Below, in pieces: positions 37,777 through 51,508 of a stretch of 64,000 bases of DNA. The DNA lies in assembly GCA_046563655.1 (NCBI GenBank), contig CM102288.1:2294001-2358000 (forward strand), given 5' to 3'. The position numbers and the translations under genes are program-made. Numbering within the stretch: the stretch's first letter is position 1; every line of letters starts with the position of its first letter. Under the pieces are notes generated by a model, which made no database searches, was not told the origin of the DNA, and was given only the letters and a program-made list of their open reading frames with translations. Source of the DNA: Yuukianura sp. NJ FZ-2021 (Eukaryota).

Positions 37777-39361
37777 CTCGTCGAGTAATAGCCTTTAGCA
37801 GCGCATTTCCCCCGAGGTCAACAGGTCAAGTAATGAATTCTAAAGTGGACCAGTTCTGCGCTTCACCTTAACACTGTCACTGTTACATTCTGGAAGAACG
37901 GGGAGCCTTTAAAGTTCTAAGCTGTCCTCCAGAGGTCACTTTCCGTCCCTTCCTGTTCGTCCGAGGAGACTGACGAAGCTTCAGCTTTAGTTCTGCTCCA
38001 TATTTCCAGATTCCGAATTTTTCGTCTCCCGTCCAGGAAAAAAGTACAGTGAAAGAGTCCACTTCCAGTAGATGTAGAAGTAAGTGGGCAGGAGAGCCGA
38101 AGGTTTTGCCAACAAAACCGAGAAAGGAGAACCGCAGGAGTTTCTTACACTTGCGCCGTCCGAAATCACCGAAAGGCCTTCAAATTCAGCCCGAACTAAA
38201 CTAGCACAGAGGGCCTGGAGCTTCCAGCCTTTTCCAGCCCCAGCGCAGAAAGCGGGTGGAATTAAGTCTATAGTTGCTACTACTGCTATCAGCACTTTCG
38301 CTTTCGCTCTAATGGAGCACAAAGTGACGGATGCTTCCGAGACGTCACTCCGATGAGAACCAACATTTCTCCCGTGTTCCTAAAAATGGAAAAAGTTTGT
38401 TCAAACAAGAACAGCAATGCTACTGGGACGTAAAACCGATCAATTTCTACCTTAATGCTTCTAAAATAAGTTTTTAACGCCCAGTGCTTGTATTTGATTA
38501 AAGTTTAAAGCAGGAATCGTACTGAACTAATCGTAAATACTGAAGTTCATGGCTGTTTGACAATTGGGAAGACAAGAAAATAAAGGACTTCCCCGATGTA
38601 TTGACAGGGAATGAGGAAAACCGTCATAAATCTCTATCAAATTTAAGTGTCACTACATTTAAAATTTAGCATTACTAGCCAAACTGTTGTTAAAATGTAT
38701 AGTTAGCTAGTAGTATGATAGATGCTTCCTACTAAAAAGTTACTTGCGGGTTGCGTATCCTCAATGGAGACTTTCCCCACAAAACCACATGTGACACAGA
38801 CAACTGTTGGAGGAGGATAATGCGGTGTTAAGTGGTTGGTGTCAAAGAATTATCAACAAAACTTAATACCAGAAGTCTGTTAATTAAAAACAAAAGTTCA
38901 TTAAAAACATTGAGAAAGAGTCATGTCAAAGCCTAATCTCTAAAAACAGAATTTAAAAAGCACGGGACAGTAATAAATCAAAGATCCGATGCCGATTGAT
39001 GAATTAAAGATCCGAGCTTGGGCATCTTACCAGCAATTGTTAACTTTAAATTTTTACCGCAATCTTAGTTAAAAGATTAACAATTAATCAAATTCAACGA
39101 TTATAGTAATTAAATCGTTGTCTTCAATTGATAACAATTTAGTGGTACGCCTACATTTCGCATCTGTCTGCATCTAATCATGCAATTTGTACTGAATCCC
39201 CATGATTTCAACGAATTAGCATCGGTTTTTATCTAGTTTTTTAAGTTAATTGCATTTTTAAAATACAATTACAATGAAATTTTGAAGTCTCGCTTTTTAG
39301 AAAAATCCGACTCAAAATTACGCAAAATGTTGTTCCTGGAACTTGAGCCGGCCGATGGAGT

Positions 39362-40707
39362 TGCAGAAATTGCTAAAAGCTTGCAATTTTTAGAATTTTG
39401 TGATTCTAGGAATCGTAAAGTTTGAGTGTGGTTTTGGTAGAATTGAGATAGGGGATTATACGGAACCAAAAGGTGGATAGGAGAACTACCTCTACCTTGC
39501 TTTTGTATGGGAATGCCGCCAGTGGGAAAAAAGTTGAGAAAGGCGAGGAGCCTTTCTGGAACGTATGATATCCGCATAGCTCCGGACAGTTTCAAAGCAG
39601 AAGCTTTAACATCCCCCATGTAAAATCTCTTCCAAAAAATTCTAAAATTCAAAAACTTTAAAAATATGTATTTTTGGAATGAAATGAATTAGAAAGCTAA
39701 TCTCTTCGCGAGTAAATTCAGAATGATCCAAAGATTGTTTTATGCCCAATAAACCGAAATCGAAAATTTGCCAAATTTTTGCCAAAATCCATGAACCAGG
39801 GATTTTTGAAAATTCGCAAAAACTTTAAAGATGCTTTTTTTTTAATTTTGGAAAATTTTTGCACATCTAAAGAACTTTTTGCTCGTGCATTCCGTTTCCG
39901 TTCCATGGATATCAATTTTGACACTTTTCTGAATGTTTGAAATATTTTGTATGGAAATAAGTTTGAATGGAGGAAAAAGTTGAGGGATTAATCCATTCAA
40001 AACTGTTCACTTCTCTACTCAACTTTTTCACTTCAATGCAAAATTCCGTTTTTATAAATTTCGAAAAAAAAAATCCACTTTGCAGTTATTTCTGTGACCC
40101 CATCGGCCGCCCCACATTGCAAAACAACATTTCGCGTAGTTTGGTGCAAAATTATTTGCAAAACAACGCACTTTCAGAATTCGATACTCAAAGTTCAGTC
40201 CAAAACTTTTTGCTCATTTTTCAATTCTTAAAATTTTAAAAAATACTTTAGGTTGTTCTGAATGTAGGTGTGAAGAGATCTCTTCGCTAGTGCATTCCGT
40301 TCTGGAGTTATGAATTTTTAAAGTTTTTTGAATTTTGGAATATTTTGTTGCTGAGTTCTGAAGAGTCTGCTTGAATTTTGTCCGGAGCTATGCGGGGATC
40401 GTACAGTCAGAAAAGGTTCCTCACCTTCCTCCACTTTCTGCCGCCGCCAGAATTCCCATACAAAAGCAAGGCAGAGGAAGTACTCCTACCCACCTTTTCG
40501 TGCCGTATAATCTCCGATCTCAAATTTCTCAAAATTCACGTTGCACTTTCGGAACTTCTTGTTTTCAAAAACATAAAATGAAGCAGAATCTTTCGCTCTT
40601 TTGCTCAAACCAACGCAAATTCAAACAGCATTAAGTGCACACTGTTCAAAAATTTATTTACAAAATCCCAAATGTTTTTTTTTCGCAATCCATTTTTTTT
40701 AAAAAAC
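39362..40707. repeat. Interspersed modular foldback-like repeat, copy 2 (inverted relative to copy 1)
   Basis: Diverged reverse complement of 12167-13500 with the same internal inverted arms (39420-39700 vs 40270-40550). Extra sub-modules at ~39310-39370 (resembles 12720-12775) and ~40741-40765. Confidence 0.85.
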
Positions 40708-40844
40708 TTATTTTAAAAATACTTTGTATTTATATAAAATTTATATCTTTGGAACCGACAGCTCCTTCACCAAAAAATCCAGCTCACCTCCAGTAATGTT
40801 AAAAAAAAGTTAAAACGCACCAAAAAATCGGTTGATTGAAACAA

Positions 40845-40850
40845 TTTATT
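40845..40850 (-). promoter_or_regulatory. Candidate polyadenylation signal for the RhoGAP gene
   Basis: AATAAA on the minus strand ~650 nt after the stop at 41495, followed by a T/G-rich stretch. Confidence 0.4.
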
Positions 40851-41494
40851 GGACAGATTACTAAAAAGTCACATTCTAAACAAGACCGTACATAAGCAAA
40901 TGCGTAACTCAGGTGTGATTTTGGTAATTTATAAAACCTAATGTCAAATTCATTTACCTAACTTTTAGTTAATCATCTCACGCTGATTGCTTCTTCCAAA
41001 TCATTTTGCCTTATGTATTGCAAATTTTTCCACTCCTCCCCTATGAGTTTAATCCTAACTCATCTTCCAAGGGCTTATAATTTTTTTTTCGCAAAAGACA
41101 AAAGTTTTTGCACACTTTAGCTCTCCCTGCTTCACAAAAGAGCGACTTAAAAGAGTTCTAGGTACATGAATAAATACACTCTGTTACAAAGTACTAAAAC
41201 TGTTTCTGAATCAGTATCACTTATTAACATTGATAAATAGCATTTTGCAACACTTGCAAAACTTGCTTCTTTTTTCAGACGCTTAAACTTAAAACGTAGG
41301 CAGTATAATCAATTACCTTAGGCTAACTCAATTTATACTTATTTCACATTTGTCAAAATCAAACTTTTTGCGACAAATGCGATCACACACAAGAGAAAAG
41401 TGACTAGTCCTTCCCTTCCTTTTCTTAAAACTTGACTTAAATTATACTGGCGAGGTCACTTGACCCCTGACCTCTCTTCTTTTATCTTAATTTG

Positions 41495-44400
41495 CTACAC
41501 ATGAGATTCAACGATATTATTGGCCTTAAGGGCAGTGGCCAACGTATCCGTCGAGATGTGAATGTCAGAGTGACGCTGCGTAGCATTCTTGTTGGTGGCT
41601 CCGTCGCCCAATACGAAGCGCAGGATATCCACGGTTCCAAGAGAGTGACGACGCTGAATGTCTTTAGACTTTTTACTAGTGCTAGTAGCTGCTCCGTTTT
41701 TCGGTTTCACTGACGAAGTGAGGCCTCCGTTTCTCACTTCATGAGTTTGGGTAAGCGATTGTACATGAACATCGACCTCGGGATTCTGCAAAACAAAAGG
41801 AAAAAACATACTAACCTGCAGGAATCATTCTAAAACTAATTGGATAAAACCAATTGAAACTTTACCTGTTGCGAAGATATGTGAGTGACCCCAGTTCCAT
41901 TTTTTACTTTTTCCTCCAAACTTCCTCTTCGACGTGTTTCAATCAGCGAATTTCGTCGTTTCCCCAGAAGTAGCCCCTTCCCCCAACGTCCTTCTTGCTT
42001 TCCACTCAACTTTCCAGTCCTTGAGCGTTCATATGACACGAGTGGTGGTGGTTCATCTCTTCTCATCTTCTCCATTTTCTCGTCCATTGTTTTAGTCAAG
42101 GAACTGACGAGATCACTTCCTGTAAAAACAAATGAAATGTCAGTTAGTCAAAGTTCATTTAAAAAAAATTATTCGTATTAGTAATTAAAACGCCAACAAA
42201 AACTTGTGAGTAAATTAACGTTGCTTTGCTGCCACTTCACATTTTCAAAGACGGGGGCATGAATAAACAACATTAAGTTAGATTCGAAGTATTTCAGCGT
42301 ATTTTAGTACTGCTCCAATTGAAATTAGTAGAAAATCAGTATCCTCGTTCATGCCAAACGCATTTCTTGTTCTCTCTAACCTGATTGGTTTAGGAAGTCA
42401 TGTGCCTACCAAAATGATTATACCAAAACCGTGGTCTCCGAACTGTAACTGCTGTGTACACATTTCAGAACAATTTGAGCTCGAAATTAAAAACTACGCA
42501 ATTCAGAAGTCTTCGTTTAAGTTTCAACTTACCATCCGACGACAGATTTTCTTTTGAGCCATTCGCCAAATTCTGCAGAGAGTCCAGAGATCCAAACATT
42601 CTGGAATCATATTGCAGACTATTCGTTTCTACCGTTTTGAGCTTCTGCGTCGTTGTAGATGTCACCGTCCTCGGACTACTACTTCTCTCATACTCCGATT
42701 CCACACTGAGCCTCTCCATGGAACTTATTTTTCGTAATGGAGGTGTTGCGGTTCCCACTCTTCGCATTCCAGGGGCAACTCCTGGAAATGGTGGCACAGA
42801 AGGAACAAATGGCGGCTTTGGTGGCAACGTCTCAACTGAAAATTGACTTTTGAACGGAACAGGTCCAAGTCGTATTGGCCACGTCGGATATGGAAGTAAC
42901 TTTGTTGAGCTCTGCGTTTCTCCACTATTGGTACTGCTGCTCATGCTGCTATTACTCAAATTTTGATGCTGGTGATGTCCACCTCCGCGTTCTGCAATTG
43001 CTGCATCAACAGAAACAAATTATTATACTCTACTAAAAACGTTTTGATAATTTTAATTTTCAATTGTAAAGCTACCTGATGGATGGTCGGCTAACTGATC
43101 ATAAAAATCTTCATTCTCCAGGTCTTCTTTAGCCCGCCTCCACTCTGCTTCCAGTCTAACTTTCTCTGTCACCAATTTCTGGGATTCATGAACCTTGTTA
43201 GCAGTACTCGTTGAAGTATGAACTGTAGGCACAGTTGGAAGGCCCGGTGACCTCGCATCTCTATATAAATGAGCTCTCGTCTCCATTTCAAATTGTCGTA
43301 CACGCTGTTCCGTCTCCTCTCCAAGGCCAGCATAGGATCGAATCAGTCCCGACTCATCAACAGATCGATCTTTCTCCATCGGCGGATGTGGTGGAAGGCC
43401 CTACACAAATGCAATTTCCTCATATTTTTTTCTGATCTCCATTTTCATTTGTCATGCAAAGTGTTCCGTTAATTCCAATGCAGCTACATCATTCCTTACA
43501 TAAGTATTGTGCGGTGGTGTGGTGAGGACTCCCTGCTTCTTTCTCAGTGCCGCCTGAATTAGAGATGTTCGAATATCATCTGCAAGGAAGAAAAAAAAGA
43601 CGAATGAGTAACTCAATCTGGCTTTAACTTCTAAAAAGCGAACAAGACAATGGGAAAGGGGATTGGGTTCATTGAGACAGACACTGTTCGTGTTTGCCCT
43701 CTTGCCAAAAAGTACAAGATTTGTAGACTTTATAGCCTAAAATTAGATTTAAGGTTCCATTTCTGTTTCTTGAGAAAGAAGAAAAGAAATTCTAGGAGTG
43801 TAAACATACTTTCTATCTTTGGAGGTGAGGAATTCCCTAATCCAAAAAGACGTTGTTCTGGTCTCTCTTCTTCATCCTGATCATAATGATGAGAATTGGA
43901 GTAGACGTGCTCAACAACGTCTTCTGGTGGAGTTGGCGAGTCTTCTTTCTCTTTAAAAATTTCCTCTACCTAAAAATTTGAAACAAAATCTTCAAAAATT
44001 GCAACAAAATAGAAACATCAATCATATAATATCAATTTTCAATTGAAACATAAAAATCAATTGAATTCAAACTTACGTTATTAATTAAAAGCTCAACAAT
44101 TTTGCATTGATATTGCATGTCAGTGACGAGGGAAGTAACATTTTCTTCAGCCGCTCGTACTACCGTTGGACCAAAAACGATAGACAAATTCCTAGCATCC
44201 ATTCGATTTCTCTCAAAGTGATCTGCCACTTTTCTCAAATGGAAAATAAGGAGTCGAAGCGTTTCGTAATTTATGTCTGGTAAATCTTGAACAAGAGATC
44301 GAATTCTTTCTAGTCCTTTGTCCGGGTCAGGATCTGCTGCTCCTTGGATAAAGTCTGTGTAGCGAGTAGAGGTCAAGAGGGGGTCAGGCAATTTTCTTAA

Positions 44401-47400
44401 AAAGGATTTGAGTAGACTTGAGATCACATGAACGTCCGTCCAGCGTGGATCCTACAAAAATCAAAAAAAATAAACAACATATTTAAAAAAACATGATTTT
44501 TTCTTAAAAAATGTGTTTCCGCTCACCGCTTCCGGATCGATATCATTCCCTTTGTTGAGACTTTCAGTAAGGGAGTTCACTCCTGCATTGTTTCCTGGAA
44601 TTCTATAAATCCCAACCACTCCTAGCCCTTTACTCTCCACCAAGTCTATACAGTACTCCAGAATCCTTGGCACTAACGAACTCTCACTCTGTGGACAACT
44701 TTCCAGAACCACTCCAAACGTGGCTCCACTCTCCGGAATGCTCATTTGAGAATGAAGTGGAGACGATGTTGAATTGGAATTAGCCGAAGTGGGATGAATC
44801 TTCTTCCACTGTTTGGCCACTCGACCTTTCCAAGTTTTAGTTTTTGGTGAAGTTGCCAAGGATTGTGTAGTTGATGATGAGTTGACAACACTTAGGTAAT
44901 TACTACTCTGTTGAGCTGAAACTACACTACTACTTGATGATGATACAGTTTGTCCCTGTTGTGGTAGGAATGTTCTCAGTAGTGAGCGTGGAGAACTCAT
45001 TTCGTTTGGATTGATTCGAAGACTGGAAGAAGTGGAAGTTCCTGGAGGGGCTGCCATAGTTGGAGTTGACGATGACGACGACGTCGCTCCAACTCCCGCA
45101 CGGTTGTTGTTGTCCTGCTGTTCTTGTAAAATCTGGATCCATTTGATCATTTCAGCAGCGTCTTCTCCTTGAATCAAAATTTCAACAGGAACTGACTGCT
45201 GCGGTGACGGCGGAGTTTGATCTTGCGTTCCCGTGGATGTAGTTTCCACCGTTGTACAAGTCTTTAGCCTCAGAACGTTTTTGCGTTTCGTCGTGCCTTC
45301 TGCCGCCGGTTCAATGCAAACGCCGTCTTTGAGCCCAATACACAGAATGACGTCCGTCTCTGTCCCAGTAATTGTTTCTTTGCGAATTTTGTCTTTTGCT
45401 AAATAGAGACAACCACTTCTGCGAATTTGGGCCCAACCTTGACGCCATGAACGGTAGTAACCTCCCTTCTGAAAATGAAACCAAAGCAGAAAACGAGTAA
45501 ATATTAGCTCAACGCACCTTCGTCCCACTTTTAACACGTTTTATTCTTTTGCATTCCGCAATAAGTAAATACTGAAATTGAAACCTTACTTTTGCATCTC
45601 CTGCCCTCACTTTAAAATGTACTTGACCTTCACGAATTACTTCTGTGGAATCTGGACTCTTGTCTGACGGAAATGATCCAAACTGACGAAATTCCGAAGA
45701 CGGGCTAAAAATGCAGAAAAAAATGACTTCATTAGATGATTTAAAAAGAAACTAAAAACCAAATTAGTTATACTAAAGCAAACCACTAACTCAACTAAAA
45801 CTTCAAAATCCAAACCAAATTTCCAATTCCCCCCTTTCAAAATTTCAGATTTTTACTCCACTCAACATTCTTCTTAAAATTGGGTGCAGCCAAACACCAT
45901 CAACAGATTCGCCGACGTTAACGAGTGTTAGGTTTTTCGAAAACATGCATTTCAAAATTTTAATTGACACGCGACTAAACTGAAATAAAACTAAAATTTC
46001 GTTTTAAAAAAAAACTAAAAACTCCCAAAAACTTAAAAATAAAGTTAGTTCAACCGCCACTCTCCAAAATTTCTCTGCCAGAAATAACGAACCTATCTGA
46101 ACCAAACCGAAAGAAGAGACTTGAGGGTTGTGTTCGATCCTCAAAAAATTGTTTCAATCGAATAATTCTGCCTTTTGGTAGAAATTCTGCACTGAACCGT
46201 GCTATACTTCTGCGTCTTCCGGTTGGTGGTGGAGCCAGAACCACCGGCTTATTCCCAAGCACCCCCACTTCAGACCCACTCCGATTCCACCACCAGAATT
46301 AATCACAATTAGTTATGAAATTAAACCATTCCAAAAAACGCGCATTTCCTCCAATTCTCCCTAGAATCTAAAAACCTAACATTTTCTTCATTTCAACTTC
46401 ATTACCTCTTCGTAGGTGTTGTAGGACTAGAATTTTTTTGATCCATATCAATAGGTGACGACGTCGCTTTCAAGTACGAAACACGACGAACCAGTCGATC
46501 TGTCTCACCATCTAGTGCAACAAACATTTTAGAAAAAGTTTACAAAAATCCAGCAGTTTACAAAAAGTTTTTAAAACAAACAAACAAAAGCTTACCAGGA
46601 TCAGTTTCACGTTTACGTAATATCACATCTGCATCTGAAATTTATAAACACAAAAATTAGTCAATTTCATCCCAAAACGCATAAGAACTACTAAAAATAA
46701 CTTTTAAAAATGAAATCATTTTTTCTCAAGAACTGTCAAAAAAGTTTTTTGAAAAAACTTACCATTTTGAACATGCGTTTCAGTCTCATCGAGGGATATG
46801 GTCGGATGTTTCCATCCTTTTGGTGGATCACAATGTAATTTCCCACTTCCAACAAGCGTCACTCGATTTCCACTCCCTCCTCCACCAGTATTATTCCCTA
46901 TTTGATGACTTGACCTTGGAAATGACTGTTGATGTTGAAGTTTGTTTGAAATTGACTCTAGGCGACTACTTGTCGTTTCATCCAAACTTCCTCCATAAGT
47001 CGTACGTAGCTGCTCCATTTGGGTTTTACTAAGGCCGAGAGTTTTAGCTGCCGGAGTAGGATGACTCCGCATTGACACTGTCATCAAGTCATCACTCACC
47101 ACTGATCCACCACTACTTTTAGTAGTCGCCAGTTGCCCCACTTGAGCCGTCTCCGTCACAGTGGCTGTTCTATTTTCAGGCGGCCAAGGTACTTTTTGAA
47201 ACTTTTGTGGCTGAGCATAAAATTCTTTAGGAAATGGGGCTCCAGTGGTGGGCCCTTGAAGGGGAGTCCACTGGACAGGTTGAGCTGGGCGTCTCAAGAA
47301 CTCTTCCTTCTGTTCCATACTTCTTCGGATTCTGTCTTCAATGAGTTCGTAGCCTCTTAGGCCCCTGTCAGTCGGCGGCATTTCATTGGCTCCTCCAGAC

Positions 47401-50400
47401 ATTGTTACAATCATCTCTTGGGCTTGGGCTGACGGTGAAATGAATCCTCCAGGAGGGCCTTGCAGATTCGTCATTTCTCTTCTGTTGCTGCCATCCAGTG
47501 ACGCCGGATTGTCTCCAGGAGCTGTACTGATGGAAAAGCGATACCCTGGAGAATTTTTCCAGGTCATCTGTTGCTGAACACTATTTGAAATGCACTCCAT
47601 AGAACCATAACGATTGGAATTTGTTGAGCTTCCACTCGACCCACCACCTCCACCGCCCAGCACACTTTCACTACTCTTTGCTTCTTCTCTGATTCCCCAC
47701 AGCTGACCGCCTCCTCCAGTTCCAGCGTCTGCCTGGAACGGATAGTAGACTTGTGGTTGTTGACGCTGGCGCTGCTCAAGACTCGAGGAAGTATTGATGT
47801 GACTCCAATTTGTACTTGAGGATTTGTAGGGTGGGGGTCTCGGGAGATGGGAGAACTGACTGGAGTATGGTTGCGAATTGGGTTCAGCCGATGATGACAT
47901 GACCTGTCTCTCCTGTGCCAAATGTCTATGGAGGATACGTTGAGTTAACCTAGGAGAGTCATGTGGGATTGTGGCATAAGTATTGACAGAGTTCGAGTAG
48001 GGAATCCCTCTGGGGTAGGTCGTTCTCGGAGGAGGTTTTGGTTGACTGTGGTAACTCGGCTGATAATAGTAGTGCGGTTGGGCGTAAATATCTGGCGGTT
48101 GTGGTAGTTGGTAGTAGTGAAAGTCAAGGAACTGCTGGCTCTGTGGAGCTGGTGGTAACCTATGACCTGGTCGTGGTGCCTGATTTACTTGTGGAATTGA
48201 AGGGCGTTGATTAGTTTCAGGACGGTAGGCCTTGTCTTCATAAAACTGCAAAAAATACAAACAAAAACACAAATCAGTTTCCATTTTCACACGTTCTCAA
48301 TTACTTTCAATTAAGTTCCACAAAATAAACCACAACAGGTTATCAAGTCCTAAAAAACCAATTTCAGATTCCAACTCTACTAAAATACCGAAAACATACT
48401 AAAATATTGCCGTTACCGTTCCAACTACTATCAACTTATCGCTTCTCGGCGGCATCTCTGACTCGTTTTCAAAGAAAACTACAAAAACTTTAGTTGAACT
48501 TTCAAAATCCACTTCTTTTTCGCATCAAAAACAAGATTACAATTAAGATTTCGAAATTCTCCAGTAAAAACAATTAGTTCTTCCAAACTCCTTTTTAAGT
48601 TTTACGCTCTCATAAACCCTCCTAATCACTAAAATCCTTGTTCCAAATAAGCAAAAGACTAAAGAAAAGACTAAAAGGAAGATTCTAAATTAAGTTAAGA
48701 GTGACAGGAGGTCGATTTCTTTTGACTGCGTGGGTTGACCTCTTCAGTCTTCTTCGTCTACTCATCCCGTCAAATTTTCTTTTTCACACCTTCACTCTTT
48801 CAAATAAAAATGTAGCTTCTGCCAAACTCAAAATTCAAAAACTGAAAAATCCAAATTCTAACGCCCTCCAAATGATATTAGGCTCGCCAAAAGCAAAAAG
48901 AATGGTAATAAAGATTAGAAATAAGAATTAAAATTCTGAGGACAAAGTGTCAAAGTGTTAAGGCGAATCTTGTGAGTATAAATTTAAATAAAAAGTTAAG
49001 AAGATTGTTCCATTGTCCATTTCTTTTCTTGTTCCATTTTACATTTTTTCTGTGTAGTATTTCTTACCAGTTGGAGCGTGTCGTACTGTTTAGGTGAAAC
49101 TTCGAGATGTACAAATTGTGGTGAATTTTGAATAAGGTGAACCACTTGGTCGTAGCTTCTGCCAACAATTCGTTCTCCATTGACACTTACAATCCGATCT
49201 CCTTCATAAGTGTTTTTGTGCGTGTAACGTGCCAAGGTAGTAAGAAGATACAGGAAGCCATCACCCAAAACACAGGCAGGACAAGAGCAGAGGGAAGGAA
49301 CAAATCAAACCAAGAACCAAAAAATAATCAAAAAACAAAACCAAAATTAGCAACACAAAATTCGATTTAAAAAAATTCAAATTCAATTTTAGTCAAAGTT
49401 ACTAAATTAAAACACAAAATTAATTAATAAAACTCCTCAGAATATTTCTAAACTTGTAAAAACGCAACACTAAAAAAGGCATTTCACTATGCAGAATACA
49501 AAATAAAACATGCAGAAAATGTTGCTTTTTCTTTGACTAGCTTTCGCGCCGTAAAAAAAAACCTACGAGGCCATTTAAAGGGAAAACCGAATTTTAAGAT
49601 AGGTCAAAACGCGCAATCTATGCATTCTATCAAAAGTCCTTGTTCTTATACTTTCTCAAAAATTCACACCTAGTTTCAAAATTTGAAAAAAAAAACTGTT
49701 TCTGGTCGAAACCTATTTCCTAACTCCTGGATCTCCAAATTTAGTATGGTTTCCCACTAATTGCTCAAATCTGGACTAACTGCCAGGAGCTACCAGCAGA
49801 ATGCCGCTACAATTTTCCGGTTTTTCTCCTCAGTTTGGAATTAATTACTTTTCCAATCTCAGTTTTCGTTATTTGTAGCCGGTAGCGGTAGTGATGAAAT
49901 TAATTAAAACGAACGTAACCTTACACTTGTATGGTACGTAACGTAGTTTCCTGAAACCGTACAACCGTTACAATCCAACTCAAACGTTAAATTACTTCAA
50001 TTTTCCAAAATTGGAACGTACCTACAGAGAGGCCTGCCCGGTAGGCCGGCCCATCTTCTCGTACGCTCTTCACAAAAATTGTGTCCACCGGCTCCGTTAC
50101 TTTCCCCACTCGGTAGTCCGTCTCACCATTTCTAAGCGGAACCTGCCCAAACAATTCAAAAATTCAATTAAAAACCAATTTCATTTCAAAATTTCAGAGA
50201 ATTTCCCAAAATTTACGCAAACAGTTCCCCGCTATTCTAATTTCCAAATCATGACAAATTCGCGATTCGTCACAACATAAAATTCGACTCTGTGTATTAA
50301 CTGTCCAAAATTTTGGTTTGCAAATCATTCCATATTTCAAAATTTCAAAATTTGGAGAATCCAAGTCGTCGAATTTCTACTCACTTGTACTTGTATGTCC

Positions 50401-51508
50401 ATCAGTCCCATGTTAAAACCATCAATTTAGCACTTTTGTCCTTCTCAAACTGGTTTCATGAGGCACTCTACCATAAAATCACTCTTCAACAAACAATGCC
50501 CAAAATCTTTTTTAAACACAAAAACTTAACGTCAATCAATTTCAAATCTCACAAAGTTCCTTTTCCACCCACCAGACCTTCATTTCCTTTTCAACTTTAC
50601 TTCTTACTCCAATTCCAACCACAACAAAACCTTTGCAAATTCTAACAACAATCAACCTTAATTCCATTTCCGTCTCTTGTGCAAAAATCCATCACTTTCC
50701 ATCACACAATCACCTCACAACATCTCTTTAACCTTAAACTTAAATCAGTCAAAGTCTCAAAAGTCACTGCCATTGTCATTTTTACCAAAGCGAGGAAGGT
50801 CTCATTTTAGAAATTGCAAAAAACTTAAGACTTCCTTTTCTGTTTTAGAAATCTACCATCCCCCACTGCTTCCGCACAATTACCACCACCTCAGATACTC
50901 CTCACCATTTGCACAATTGAATTGAAGCACAAGAAAAATAATCCTTAAATCACTCAACCTCAACGGAACTATGGGAGGGGAAGCTTCCGTCCCACTTTTT
51001 CAAAAAACCAGAAGAAAAAAACTGTAACTACTAAAAAATCTGAAATTTTTCCATTCCAAATCGTGACATGGCAAAAAAAAACTTTTTTAACATTCTTCAC
51101 ACCAGAAACATCACATTCCCAAACGAGCAGGTGAAAAATAGGGCGTGTGCCCCACTTTTAAATCATTTCGTTTCATCTTTTAAAAAAAACTTGTTAAAAA
51201 AACTTCAAAAAACCCCTCATGTTATGTTACATTTTACAGGAAAAAAATCAGTTTAATTATAACATTACTACCCAGAGCAGACTCAAAAGTGCTAAAGCTG
51301 ACCTTCAACTTTGTAACAAGCAAAGTAATTCAACGCACCATGTAATTTGTAATTTGAACTTATGATTACCCTCGTACTCCCTCTTTTTCAAAACGTATTG
51401 AATTACCTGTTCACAAATATCAGGTGGGTAGACAATGAAATGGCGAAGCGTAAATCCAAATCCATTCTCTAGTCTAGGAATCCTCACTCGACGCAATCCA
51501 AGCAAATT
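41495..51508 (-). CDS. ARHGAP21: Rho GTPase-activating protein 21/23-like (PDZ, PH, RhoGAP; RhoGAP19D-type), multi-exon
   Basis: PDZ split over exons 51508-51407 (GFGFTLRHFIVYPP), ~50142-50025 (EPVDTIFVKSVREDGPAYRAGL) and ~49201-49069 (GDRIVSVNGE..YDQVVHLIQNS..LEVSPK). Low-complexity exon ~48246-46763. RRVSYLKAT at ~46.5 kb. PH domain (RSWRQGW..KRKNVLRL..MIKWI). RhoGAP domain (TFGVVLE..GIYRIPGN..SSLLKSFLRKLPDPL..NRMDARNLSIVFGPT). Ends IVESHV* at 41495. Confidence 0.93.
46093..46278 (-). CDS. Candidate frame-preserving cassette exon of the RhoGAP gene (62 codons)
   Basis: Open GC-elevated segment (..RRRSIARFSAEFLPKGRIIRLKQFFED..) inside a phase-2 intron. The first AG after a CTAAT branch-like site and the donor AG|GTTCGT give 186 nt, phase 2 to phase 2. 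The acceptor (GAG) is weak. Confidence 0.4.
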
